The notes beneath the pieces were generated by a model. The model was given only the letters and a program-made list of their open reading frames with translations. It was not told where the DNA came from and ran no database searches. DNA of 64,000 nucleotides, taken from NCBI GenBank assembly GCA_964016885.1, contig OZ024740.1:429722001-429786000 (forward strand). The letters are read 5' to 3'. How positions within the stretch are numbered: the first letter of the stretch is position 1; each line of letters starts with the position of its first letter. Source of the DNA: Eledone cirrhosa. Its lineage: Eukaryota. This document shows positions 28,201 to 44,300 of this stretch, piece by piece. A program made the translations under genes and the position numbers.

Positions 28201-31200
28201 ACTACTGTTATATTATTCTAAATAACAACCTAATATTACTACCTATATCATTACTGTTATATTATTCTAAATAACAACCTAATATTACTACCTATATCAT
28301 TACTGTTATATTATTTTAAATAACAACCTAATATTACTACCTATATCATTACTGTTATGTTATTCTAAATAACAACCTAATATTACTACCTATATAATTA
28401 CTGTTATATTATTCTAAATAACAACCTAATATTACTACCTATATCATCACTGTTATATTATTTTAAATAACAACCTAATATTACTACCTATATCATTACT
28501 GTTATATTATTCTAAATAACAACCAAATATTACTACCTATATCATTACTGTTATATTATTCTAAATAACAACCTAATATTACTACCTATATCATTACTGT
28601 AACATTATTCTAATTAATAACCTAATATTACTACCTATACCATTACTGTTATATTATTTTAAATAACAACCTAATATTACTACCTATATCATTACTGTTA
28701 TATTATTCTAAATAACAACCTAATATTACTACCTATATCATTACTGTTATATTATTCTAAATAACAACCTAATATTACTACCTATATCATTACTGTTATA
28801 TTATTCTAAATAACAACCTAATATTACAACCTATATCATTACTGTTATATTATTCTAAATAACAACCTAATATTACTACCTATATCATTACTGTTATATT
28901 ATTTTAAATAACAACCTAATATTACTACCTATATCACTACTGTTATATTATTCTAAATAACAACCTAATATTACTACCTATATCATTACTGTTATATTAT
29001 TCTAAATAACAACCTAATATTACTACCTATATCATTACTGTTATATTATTCTAAATAACAACCTAATATTACTACCTATATCATTACTGTTATATTATTC
29101 TAAATAACAACCTAATATTACAACCTATATCATTACTGTTATATTATTCTAAATAACAACCTAATATTACTACCTATATCATTACTGTTATATTATTCTA
29201 AATAACAACCTAATATTACTACCTATATCATTACTGTTATATTATTCTAAATAACAACCTAATATTACAACCTATATCATTACTGTTATATTATTCTAAA
29301 TAACAACCTAATATTACTACCTATATCATTACTGTTATATTATTTTAAATAACAACCTAATATTACTACCTATATCACTACTGTTATATTATTCTAAATA
29401 ACAACCTAATATTATTACCTATATCATTACTGTTATATTATTCTAAATAACAACCTAATATTACTACCTATATCATTACTGTTATATTATTTTAAATAAC
29501 AACCTAATATTACTACCTATATCATTACTGTTATATTATTCTAAATAACAACCTAATATTACTACCTATATAATTACTGTTATATTATTCTAAATAACAA
29601 CCTAATATTACTACCTATATCATCACTGTTATATTATTTTAAATAACAACCTAATATTACTACCTATATCATTACTGTTATATTATTCTAAATAACAACC
29701 AAATATTACTACCTATATCATTACTGTTATATTATTCTAAATAACAACCTAATATTACTACCTATATCATTACTGTAACATTATTCTAATTAATAACCTA
29801 ATATTACTACCTATACCATTACTGTTATATTATTTTAAATAACAACCTAATATTACTACCTATATCATTACTGTTATATTATTCTAAATAACAACCTAAT
29901 ATTACTACCTATATCATTACTGTTATATTATTCTAAATAACAACCTAATATTACTACCTATATCATTACTGTTATATTATTCTAAATAACAACCTAATAT
30001 TACAACCTATATCATTACTGTTATATTATTCTAAATAACAACCTAATATTACTACCTATATCATTACTGTTATATTATTTTAAATAACAACCTAATATTA
30101 CTACCTATATCACTACTGTTATATTATTCTAAATAACAACCTAATATTACTACCTATATCATTACTGTTATATTATTCTAAATAACAACCTAATATTACT
30201 ACCTATATCATTACTGTTATATTATTCTAAATAACAACCTAATATTACTACCTATATCATTACTGTTATATTATTCTAAATAACAACCTAATATTACAAC
30301 CTATATCATTACTGTTATATTATTCTAAATAACAACCTAATATTACTACCTATATCATTGCTGTTATATTATTTTAAATAACAACCTAATATTACTACCT
30401 ATATCACTACTGTTATATTATTCTAAATAACAACCTAATATTACTACCTATATCATTACTGTTATATTATTCTAAATAACAACCTAATATTACTACCTAT
30501 ATCATTACTGTTATATTATTCTAAATAACAACCTAATATTACTACCTATATCATTACTGTTATATTATTCGAAATAACAACCTAATATTACTACCTATAT
30601 CATTACTGTTATATTATTCGAAATAACAACCTAATATTACTACCTATATCATTACTGTTATATTATTTTAAATAACAACCTAAAATTACTACCTATATCA
30701 TTACTGTTATATTATTCTAAATAACAACCTAATATTACTACCTATATTATTACTGTTATATTATTCTAAATAACAACCTAATATTACTACCTATATCATT
30801 ACTGTTATATTATTTTAAATAACAACCTAATATTACTACCTATATCATTACTGTTATATTATTCTAAATAACAACCTAATATTACTACCTATATCATTAC
30901 TGTTATATTATTCTAAATAACAACCTTATATTACTACCTATATCATTACTGTTATATTATTCTAAATAACAACCTAATATTACTACCTATATCATTACTG
31001 TTATATTATTCTAAATAATAACCTAATATTACTACCTATATCATTACTGTTATATTATTCTAAATAACAACCTAATATTACTACCTATATCATTACTGTT
31101 ATAATATTCTAAATAACAACCTAATATTACTACCTATATCATTACTGTTATATTATTTTAAATAACAACCTAATATTACTACCTATATCATTACTGTTAT

Positions 31201-34200
31201 ATTATTCTAAAAAACAACCTAATATTACTACCTATATCATTACTGTTATATTATTCTAAATAACAACCTAATATTACAACCTATATCATTACTGTTATAT
31301 TATTCTAAATAAAAACCTAATATTACAACCTATATCATTACTGTTATATTATTCTAAATAACAACCTAATATTACTACCTATATCATTACTGTAACATTA
31401 TTCTAATTAATACCCTAATATTACTACCTATACCATTACTGTTATATTATTTTAAATAACAACATAATATTACTACCTATATCATTACTGTTATATTATT
31501 CTAAATAACAACCTAATATTACTACCTATATCATTACTGTTATATTATTCTAAATAACAACCTAATATTACTACCTATATCATTACTGTTATATTATTCT
31601 AAATAACAACCTAATATTACAACCTATATCATTACTGTTATATTATTCTAAATAACAACCTAATATTACTACCTATATCATTACTGTTATATTATTTTAA
31701 ATAACAACCTAATATTACTACCTATATCACTACTGTTATATTATTCTAAATAACAACCTAATATTACTACCTATATCATTACTGTTATATTATTCTAAAT
31801 AACAACCTAATATTACTACCTATATCATTACTGTTATATTATTCTAAATAACAACCTAATATTACTACCTATATCATTACTGTTATATTATTCTAAATAA
31901 CAACCTAATATTACAACCTATATCATTACTGTTATATTATTCTAAATAACAACCTAATATTACTACCTATATCATTGCTGTTATATTATTTTAAATAACA
32001 ACCTAATATTACTACCTATATCACTACTGTTATATTATTCTAAATAACAACCTAATATTACTACCTATATCATTACTGTTATATTATTCTAAATAACAAC
32101 CTAATATTACTACCTATATCACTACTGTTATATTATTCTAAATAACAACCTAATATTACTACCTATATCATTACTGTTATATTTTTCGAAATAACAACCT
32201 AATATTACTACCTATATCATTACTGTTATATTATTCTAAATAACAACCTAATATTACTACCTATATCATTACTGTTATATTATTCTAAATAACAACCTAA
32301 TATTACTACCTATATTATTACTGTTATATTATTCTAAATAACAACCTAATATTACTACCTATATCATTACTGTTATATTATTTTAAATAACAACCTAATA
32401 TTACTACCTATATCATTACTGTTATATTATTCTAAATAACAACCTAATATTACTACCTATATCATTACTGTTATATTATTCTAAATAACAACCTAATATT
32501 ACTACCTATATCATTACTGTTATATTATTCTAAATAATAACCTAATATTACTACCTATATCATTACTGTTATATTATTCTAAATAACAACCTAATATTAC
32601 TACCTATATCATTACTGTTATAATATTCTAAATAACAACCTAATATTACTACCTATATCATTACTGTTATATTATTTTAAATAATAACCTAATATTACTA
32701 CCTATATCATTACTGTTATATTATTCTAAAAAACAACCTAATATTACTACCTATATCATTACTGTTATATTATTCTAAATAACAACCTAATATTACAACC
32801 TATATCATTACTGTTATATTATTCTAAATAAAAACCTAATATTACAACCTATATCATTACTGTTATATTATTCTAAATAACAACCTAATATTACAACCTA
32901 TATCATTACTGTTATATTATTCTAAATAACAACCTAATATTACTACCTATATCACTACTGTTATATTATTCTAAATAACAACCTAATATTACTACCTATA
33001 TCATTACTGTTATATTATTCTAAATAACAACCTAATATTACTACCCATATAATACTGTTATATTATTCTAAATAACAACGTAATATTACTACCTATATCA
33101 TTACTGTTATATTATTCGAAATAACAACCTAATATTACTACCTATATCATTACTGTTATATTATTCGAAATAACAACCTAATATTACTACCTATATCATT
33201 ACTGTTATATTATTTTAAATAACAACCTAAAATTACTACCTATATCATTACTGTTATATTATTCTAAATAACAACCTAATATTACTACCTATATTATTAC
33301 TGTTATATTATTCTAAATAACAACCTAAAATTACTACCTATATCATTACTGTTATATTATTCTAAATAACAACCTAATATTACTACCTATATCATTACTG
33401 TTATATTATTCTAAATAACAACCTAATATTACTACATATTTCATTACTGTTATATTATTCTAAACAACAACCTAATATTACTACCTATATCATTACTGTT
33501 ATATTATTCTAAATAACAACCTAATATTACTACCTATATCATTACTGTTATATTATATTAAATAACAACCTAATATTACTGCCTATATCATTACTGTTAT
33601 ATTATTCTAAATAACAACCTAATATTACTACCTATATCATTACTGTTATATTATTCTAAATAACAACCTAATATTACTACCTATATCATTACTGTTATAT
33701 TATTTTAAATAACAACCTAAAATTACTACCTATATCATTACTGTTATATTATTCTAAATAACAACCTAATATTACTACCTATATTATTACTGTTATATTA
33801 TTCTAAATAACAACCTAATATTACTACCTATATCATTACTGTTATATTATTCTAAATAACAACCTAATATTACTACCTATATCATTACTGTTATATTATT
33901 TTAAATAACAACCTAATATTACTAGCTATATCATTACTGTTATATTATTATAAATAACAACCTGATATTACTACCTATATCATTACTGTTATATTATTTT
34001 AAATAACCTAATATTACTACCTATATCATTACTGTTATATTATTCTAAATAACAACCTAATATTACTACCTATACCATTACTGTTATATTATTCTAAATA
34101 ACAACCTAATATTACTACCTATATCATTACTGTTATATTATTCTAAATAACAACCTAATATTACTACCTATATAATTACTGTTATATTATTTTAAATAAC

Positions 34201-36287
34201 AACCTAATATTACTACCTATATCATTTCTGTTATATTATTCTAAATAACAACCTAATATTACAACCTATATCATTACTGTTATATTATTCTAAATAACAA
34301 CCGAATATTACAACCTATATCATTACTGTTATATTATTCTAAATAACAACCTAATATTACAACCTATATCATTACTGTTATATTATTCTAAATAACAACC
34401 TAATATTACTACCTATATCATTACTGTTATATTATTCAAAATAACAACCAAATATTACTACCTATATCATTACTGTTATATTATTCTAAATAAGAACCTA
34501 ATATTACTACCTATATTATTACTCTTATATTATTCTAAATAACAACCTAATATTACTACCTATATCATTACTGTTATATTATTCTAAATAACAACCTAAT
34601 ATTACTACCTATATCATTACTGTTATATTATTCTAAATAACAACCTAATATTACTACCTATATCATTACTGTTATATTATTTTAAATAACAACCTAATAT
34701 TACTACCTATATCATTACTGTTATATTATTCTAAATAACAACCTAATATTACTACCTATATCATTACTGTTATATTATTCTAAAGAACAACCTAATATTA
34801 CAACCTATATCATTACTGTTATATTATTCTAAATAACAACCTAAAATTACTACCTATATCATTACTGTTATATTACTCTAAATAACAACCTAATATTACT
34901 ACCTATATTATTACTGTTATATTATTCTAAATAACAACCTAATATTACTACCTATATCATTACTGTTATATTATTTTAAATAACAACCTAATATTACTAC
35001 CTATATCATTACTGTTATATTATTCTAAATAACAACCTAATATTACTACCTATATCATTACTGTTATATTATTCTAAATAACAACCTAATATTACTACCT
35101 ATATCATTACTGTTATATTATTCTAAATAACAACCTAATATTACTACCTATATCATTACTGTTATATTATTCTAAATAACAACCTAATATTACTACCTAT
35201 ATCATTACTGTTATATTATTCTAAACAACAACCTAATATTACTACCTATATCATTACTGTTATATTATTCTAAATAACAACCTAATATTACTACCTATAT
35301 CATTACTGTTATATTATTTAAATAACAACCTAATATTACTACCTATATCATTACTTTTATATTATTCTAAATAACAACCTAATATTACTACCTATATCAT
35401 TACTGTTATATTATTCTAAATAATAACCTAATATTACTACCTATATCATTACTGTTATATTATTCTAAATAACAACCTAATATTACTACCTATATCATTA
35501 CTGTTATATTATTCTAAATAACAACCTAATATTACTACCTATATCATTACTGTTATATTATTCTAAACAACAACCTAATATTACTACCTATATCATTACT
35601 GTTATATTATTCTAAATAACAACCTAATATTACTACCTATATAATTACTGTTATATTATTTTAAATAACAACCTAATATTACTACCTATATCATTACTGT
35701 TATATTATTCTAAATAACAACCTAATATTACTACCTATATCATTACTGTTATATTATTCTAAATAATAACCTAATATTACTACCTATATCATTACTGTTA
35801 TATTATTCTAAATAACAACCTAATATTACTACCTATATCATTACTGTTATATTATTCTAAATAACAACCTAATATTACTACCTATATCATTACTGTTATA
35901 TTATTATAAATAACAACCTAATATTACTACCTATATCATTACTGTTATATTATTCTAAATAACAACCTAATATTACTACCTATATCATTACTGTTATATT
36001 ATTCTAAATAATAACCTAATATTACTACCTATATCATTAATGTTATATTATTTTAAATAACAACCTAATATTACTACCTATATCATTACTGTTATATTAT
36101 TCTAAATAACAGCCTAATATTACTACCTATATCATTACTGTTATATTATTCTAAATAACAACCTAATATTACTACCTATATCATTACTGTTATATTATTC
36201 TAAATAACAACCTAATATTACTACCTATATCATTACTGTTATATTATTCTAAATAACAACCTAATATTACTACCTATATCATTACTG

Positions 36288-36511
36288 TTATATTATTTTA
36301 AATAACTGTTTCTACTTTAGGCACAAGGCCAGCAATTACCCAGTGCATTACTGGTACTTTATTTTATCTACCCCGTAAGGATGAAAGGCAAAGTCAACCT
36401 CGGCAGGATTTGAACTCAGATCGTAAAGGGACGTAACTATGCTGGAAAGCATGGCGTCCGACCCTCTACCGATACTGCCAATCCAACGCCCTTTATATTA
36501 TTTTAAATAAC
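36288..36511 (+). repeat. 19-bp target-site duplication flanking SINE copy 2 (36288-36306 and 36493-36511)
   Basis: Same TTATATTATTTTAAATAAC direct repeat as around copy 1. Confidence 0.85.
36307..36492 (-). mobile_element. tRNA-derived SINE, 186 bp, copy 2 (identical to copy 1)
   Basis: Same sequence base for base as 24952-25137, with the same junctions and TSD; offset 11,355 bp. Confidence 0.9.
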
Positions 36512-36577
36512 AACCTAATATTACTACCTATATCATTACTGTTATATTATTCTAAATAACAACCTAATATTACTACC

Positions 36578-36621
36578 TAATATAACAGTAATGATATAGG
36601 TAGTAATATTAGGTTGTTATT
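36578..36621 (-). repeat. 44-bp inverted satellite fragment, copy 2
   Basis: Identical to 25223-25266 at offset 11,355. Confidence 0.95.
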
Positions 36622-38399
36622 ACTGTTATATTATTCTAAATAACAACCTAATATTACTACCTATATCATTACTGTTATATTATTTTAAATAACCTAATAT
36701 TACTACCTATATCATTACTGTTATATTATTCGAAATAACAACCTAATATTACTACCTATATCATTACTGTTATATTATTTTAAATAACAACCTAAAATTA
36801 CTACCTATATCATTACTGTTATATTATTCTAAATAACAACCTAATATTACTACCTATATTATTACTGTTATATTATTCTAAATAACAACCTAATATTACT
36901 ACCTATATCATTACTGTTATATTATTTTAAATAACAACCTAATATTACTACCTATATCATTACTGTTATATTATTCTAAATAACAACCTAATATTACTAC
37001 CTATATCATTACTGTTATATTATTCTAAATAACAACCTAATATTACTACCTATATAATTACTGTTATATTATTTTAAATAACAACCTAATATTACTACCT
37101 ATATCATTACTGTTATATTATTCTAAATAACAACCTAATATTACAACCTATATCATTACTGTTATATTATTCTAAATAACAACCTAATATTACAACCTAT
37201 ATCATTACTGTTATATTATTCTAAATAACAACCTAATATTACAACCTATATCATTACTGTTATATTATTCTAAATAACAACCTAATATTACTACCTATAT
37301 CATTACTGTTATATTATTCAAAATAACAACCAAATATTACTATCTATATCATTACTGTTATATTATTCTAAATAACAACCTAATATTACTACCTATATTA
37401 TTACTGTTATATTATTCTAAATAACAACCTAATATTACTACCTGTATCATTACTGTTATATTATTTTAAATAACAACCTAATATTACTACCTATATCATT
37501 ACTGTTATATTATTCTAAATAACAACCTAATATTACTACCTATATCATTACTGTTATATTATTCTAAATAACAACCTAATATTACTACCTATATCATTAC
37601 TATTATATTATTCTAAATAACAACCTAATATTACTACCTATATCATTACTGTTATTTTATTCTAAATAATAACCTAATATTACTACCTATATCATTACTG
37701 TTATATTATTCTAAATAACAACCTAATATTACTACCTATATCATTACTGTTATATTATTCTAAACAACAACCTAATATTACTACCTATATCATTACTGTT
37801 ATATTATTCTAAATAACAACCTAATATTACTACCTATATCATTACTGTTATATTATTCTAAACAACAACCTAATATTACTACCTATATCATTACTGTTAT
37901 ATTATTCTAAATAACAACCTAATATTACTACCTATATCATTACTGTTATATTATTTTAAATAACAACCTAATATTTCTACCTATATCATTACTGTTATAT
38001 TATTCTAAATAACAACCTAATATTACTACCTATATCATTACTGTTATATTATTTTAAATAACAACCTAATATTACTACCTATATCATTACTGTTATATTA
38101 TTCTAAATAACAACCTAATATTACTACCTATATCATTACTGTTATATTATTCTAAATAATAACCTAATATTACTACCTATATCATTACTGTTATATTATT
38201 CTAAATAACAACCTAATATTACTACCTATATCATTACTGTTATATTATTCTAAATAACAACCTAATATTACTGCCTATATCATTACTGTTATATTATTCT
38301 AAATAACAACCTAATATTACTACCTATATCATTACTGTTATATTATTCTAAATAACAACCTAATATTACTACCTATATCATTACTGTTATATTATTCTA

Positions 38400-41300
38400 A
38401 ATAACAACCTAATATTACAACCTATATCATTACTGTTATATTATTCTAAATAACAACCTAATATTACTACCTATATCATTACTGTTATATTATTTTAAAT
38501 AACAACCTAATATTACTACCTATATCATTACTGTTATATTATTCTAAATAACAACCTAATATTACTACCTATATCATTACTGTTATATTATTCTAAATAA
38601 TAACCTAATATTACTACCTATATCATTACTGTTATATTATTCTAAATAACAACCTAATATTACTACCTATATCATTACTGTTATATTATTCTAAATAACA
38701 ACCTAATATTACTACCTATATCATTACTGTTATATTATTCTAAATAACAACCTAATAGTACTATCTATATCATTACTGTTATATTATTTTAAATAACAAC
38801 CTAATATTACTACCTATATCATTACTGTTATATTATTCTAAATAACAACCTAATATTACTAACTATATCATTACTGTTATATTATTCTAAATAACAACCT
38901 AATATTACTACCTATATCATTACTGTTATATTATTTTAAATAACAACCTAATATTACTACCTATATCATTACTGTTATATTATTCTAAATAACAACCTAA
39001 TATTACTACCTATATCATTACTGTTATATTATTCTAAATAACAACCTAATATTACTACCTATATCATTACTGTTATATTATTCTAAATAATAACCTAATA
39101 TTACTACCTATATCATTACTGTTATATTATTTTAAATAACAACCTAATATTACAACCTATATCATTACTGTCATATTATTCTAAATAACAATTTAATATT
39201 ACTACCTATATTATTACTGTTATATTATTCTAAATAACAACCTAATATTACTACCTATATCATTACTGTTATATTATTCTAAATAACAACCTAATATTAC
39301 TACCTATATCATTACTGTTATATTATTCTAAATAACAACCTAATATTACAACCTATATCATTACTGTTATATTATTCTGAATAACAACCTAATATTACAA
39401 CCTATATCATTACTGTTATATTATTCTAAATAACAACATAATATTACAACCTATATCATTACTGTTATATTATTCTAAATAACAACCTAATATTACTACC
39501 TATATCATTACTGTTATATTATTCTAAATAACAACCTAATATTACTAACTATATCATTACTGTTATATTATTCTAAATAACAACCTAATATTACTACCTA
39601 TATCATTACTGTTATATTATTCTAAATAACAACCTAATATTACAACCTATATCATTACTGTTATATTATTCTAAATAACAACCTAATATTACAACCTATA
39701 TCATTACTGTTATATTATTCTAAATAACAACCTAATATTACTACCTATATCATTACTGTTATATTATTCAAAATAACAACCAAATATTACTACCTATATC
39801 ATTACTGTTATATTATTCTAAATAACAACCTAATATTACTACCTATATCATTACTGTTATATTATTTTAAATAACAACCTAATATTACTACCTATATCAT
39901 TACTGTTATATTATTCTAAATAACAACCTAATATTACTAACTATATCATTACTGTTATATTATTCTAAATAACAACCTAATATTACTACCTATATCATTA
40001 CTGTTATATTATTTTAAATAACAACCTAATATTACTACCTATATCATTACTGTTATATTATTCTAAATAACAACCTAATATTACTACCTATATCATTACT
40101 GTTATATTATTCTAAATAACAACCTAATATTACTACCTATATCATTACTGTTATATTATTCTAAATAATAACCTAATATTACTACCTATATCATTACTGT
40201 TATATTATTTTAAATAACAACCTAATATTACAACCTATATCATTACTGTCATATTATTCTAAATAACAATTTAATATTACTACCTATATTATTACTGTTA
40301 TATTATTCTAAATAACAACCTAATATTACTACCTATATCATTACTGTTATATTATTCTAAATAACAACCTAATATTACTACCTATATCATTACTGTTATA
40401 TTATTCTAAATAACAACCTAATATTACAACCTATATCATTACTGTTATATTATTCTGAATAACAACCTAATATTACAACCTATATCATTACTGTTATATT
40501 ATTCTAAATAACAACATAATATTACAACCTATATCATTACTGTTATATTATTCTAAATAACAACCTAATATTACTACCTATATCATTACTGTTATATTAT
40601 TCTAAATAACAACCTAATATTACTAACTATATCATTACTGTTATATTATTCTAAATAACAACCTAATATTACTACCTATATCATTACTGTTATATTATTC
40701 TAAATAACCACCTAATATTACAACCTATATCATTACTGTTATATTATTCTAAATAACAACCTAATATTACAACCTATATCATTACTGTTATATTATTCTA
40801 AATAACAACCTAATATTACTACCTATATCATTACTGTTATATTATTCTAAATAACAACCTAATATTACAACCTATATCATTACTGTTATATTATTCTAAA
40901 TAACAACCTAATATTACTACCTATATCATTACTGTTATATTATTTTAAATAACAACCTAATATTACTACCTATATCATTACTGTTATATTATTCTAAATA
41001 ACAACCTAATATTACTACCTATATCATTACTGTTATATTATTCTAAATAATAACCTAATATTACTACCTATATCATTACTGTTATATTATTCTAAATAAC
41101 AACCTAATATTACTACCTATATCATTACTGTTATATTATTCTAAATGACAACCTCATATTACTACCTATATCATTACTGTTATATTATTCTAAATAACAA
41201 CCTAATATTACTACCTATATCATTACTGTTATATTATTTTAAATAACAACCTAATATTACTACCTATATCATTACTGTTATATTATTCTAAATAACAACC

Positions 41301-44300
41301 TAATATTACTAACTATATCATTACTGTTATATTATTCTAAATAACAACCTAATATTACTACCTATATCATTACTGTTATATTATTTTAAATAACAACCTA
41401 ATATTACTACCTATATCATTACTGTTATATTATTCTAAATAACAACCTAATATTACTACCTATATCATTACTGTTATATTATTCTAAATAACAACCTAAT
41501 ATTACTACCTATATCATTACTGTTATATTATTCTAAATAATAACCTAATATTACTACCTATATCATTACTGTTATATTATTTTAAATAACAACCTAATAT
41601 TACAACCTATATCATTACTGTCATATTATTCTAAATAACAATTTAATATTACTACCTATATTATTACTGTTATATTATTCTAAATAACAACCTAATATTA
41701 CTACCTATATCATTACTGTTATATTATTCTAAATAACAACCTAATATTACTACCTATATCATTACTGTTATATTATTCTAAATAACAACCTAATATTACA
41801 ACCTATATCATTACTGTTATATTATTCTGAATAACAACCTAATATTACAACCTATATCATTACTGTTATATTATTCTAAATAACAACCTAATATTACAAC
41901 CTATATCATTACTGTTATATTATTCTAAATAACAACCTAATATTACTACCTATATCATTACTGTTATATTATTCAAAATAACAACCAAATATTACTACCT
42001 ATATCATTACTGTTATATTATTCTAAATAACAACCTAATATTACTACCTATATTATTACTGTTATATTATTCTAAATAACAACCTAATATTACTACCTAT
42101 ATCATTACTGTTATATTATTTTAAATAACAACCTAATATTACTACCTATATCATTACTGTTATATTATTCTAAATAACAACCTAATATTACTACCTATAT
42201 CATTACTGTTATATTATTCTAAATAACAACCTAATATTACTACCTATATCATTACTGTTATATTATTCTAAATAACAACCTAATATTACTACCTATATCA
42301 TTACTGTTATTTTATTCTAAATAATAACCTAATATTACTACCTATATCATTACTGTTATATTATTCTAAATAACAACCTAATATTACTACCTATATCATT
42401 ACTGTTATATTATTCTAAACAACAACCTAATATTACTACCTATATCATTACTGTTATATTATTCTAAACAACAACCTAATATTACTACCTATATCATTAC
42501 TGTTATATTATTCTAAATAACAACCTAATATTACTACCTATATCATTACTGTTATATTATTTTAAATAACAACCTAATATTACTACCTATATCATTACTG
42601 TTATATTATTCTAAATAACAACCTAATATTACTAACTATATCATTACTGTTATATTATTCTAAATAACAACCTAATATTACTACCTATATCATTACTGTT
42701 ATATTATTTTAAATAACAACCTAATATTACTACCTATATCATTACTGTTATATTATTCTAAATAACAACCTAATATTAGTACCTATATCATTACTGTTAT
42801 ATTATTCTAAATAACAACCTAATATTACTACCTATATCATTACTGTTATATTATTCTAAATAACAACCTAATATTACTACCTATATCATTACTGTTATAT
42901 TATTCTAAATAACAACCTAATATTACTACCTATATCATTACTGTTATATTATTCTAAACAACAACCTAATATTACTACCTATATCATTACTGTTATATTA
43001 TTCTAAACAACAACCTAATATTACTACCTATATCATTACTGTTATATTATTCTAAATAACAACCTAATATTACTACCTATATCATTACTGTTATATTATT
43101 TTAAATAACAACCTAATATTTCTACCTATATCATTACTGTTATATTATTCTAAATAACAACCTAATATTACTACCTATATCATTACTGTTATATTATTTT
43201 AAATAACAACCTAATATTACTACCTATATCATTACTGTTATATTATTCTAAATAACAACCTAATATTACTACCTATATCATTACTGTTATATTATTCTAA
43301 ATAACAACCTAATATTATTGCCTATATCATTACTGTTATATTATTCTAAATAACAACCTAATATTACTACCTATATCATTACTGTTATATTATTCTAAAT
43401 AACAACCTAATATTACTACCTATATCATTACTGTTATATTATTCTAAATAACAACCTAATATTACAACCTATATCATTACTGTTATATTATTCTAAATAA
43501 CAACCTAATATTACTACCTATATCATTACTGTTATATTATTTTAAATAACAACCTAATATTACTACCTATATCATTACTGTTATATTATTCTAAATAACA
43601 ACCTAATATTACTACCTATATCATTACTGTTATATTATTCTAAATAATAACCTAATATTACTACCTATATCATTACTGTTATATTATTCTACATAACAAC
43701 CTAATATTACTACCTATATCATTACTGTTATATTATTCTAAATAACAACCTAATATTACTACCTATATCATTACTGTTATATTATTCTGAATAACAACCT
43801 AATATTACAACCTATATCATTACTGTTATATTATTCTAAATAACAACCTAATATTACAACCTATATCATTACTGTTATATTATTCTAAATAACAACCTAA
43901 TATTACTACCTATATCATTACTGTTATATTATTCAAAATAACAACCAAATATTACTACCTATATCATTACTGTTATATTATTCTAAATAACAACCTAATA
44001 TTACTACCTATATTATTACTGTTATATTATTCTAAATAACAACCTAATATTACTACCTATATCATTACTGTTATATTATTTTAAATAACAACCTAATATT
44101 ACTACCTATATCATTACTGTTATATTATTCTAAATAACAACCTAATATTACTACCTATATCATTACTGTTATATTATTCTAAATAACAACCTAATATTAC
44201 TACCTATATCATTACTGTTATATTATTCTAAATAACAACCTAATATTACTACCTATATCATTACTGTTATTTTATTCTAAATAATAACCTAATATTACTA

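Larger units (their letters stand above)
14270..36969 (+). repeat. About 11.3-kb tandem segmental duplication (copy A ~14270-25614, copy B ~25575-36969)
   Basis: Rare markers pair at offset 11,355: CCTTATA 19572/30927, ACTAG 22570/33925, CCTGA 22609/33964, the SINE and the inversion. At the left end the offset is 11,306 (14309/25615, 15131/26437) because of one extra monomer near 26.5-26.7 kb. Boundaries are approximate. Confidence 0.9.

Noticed and set aside
36307-36492. Independent second insertion implying a satellite-targeting element
   Set aside because: Identical sequence, junctions, neighbouring inversion and kilobases of shared flanking variants show that it was copied by segmental duplication.
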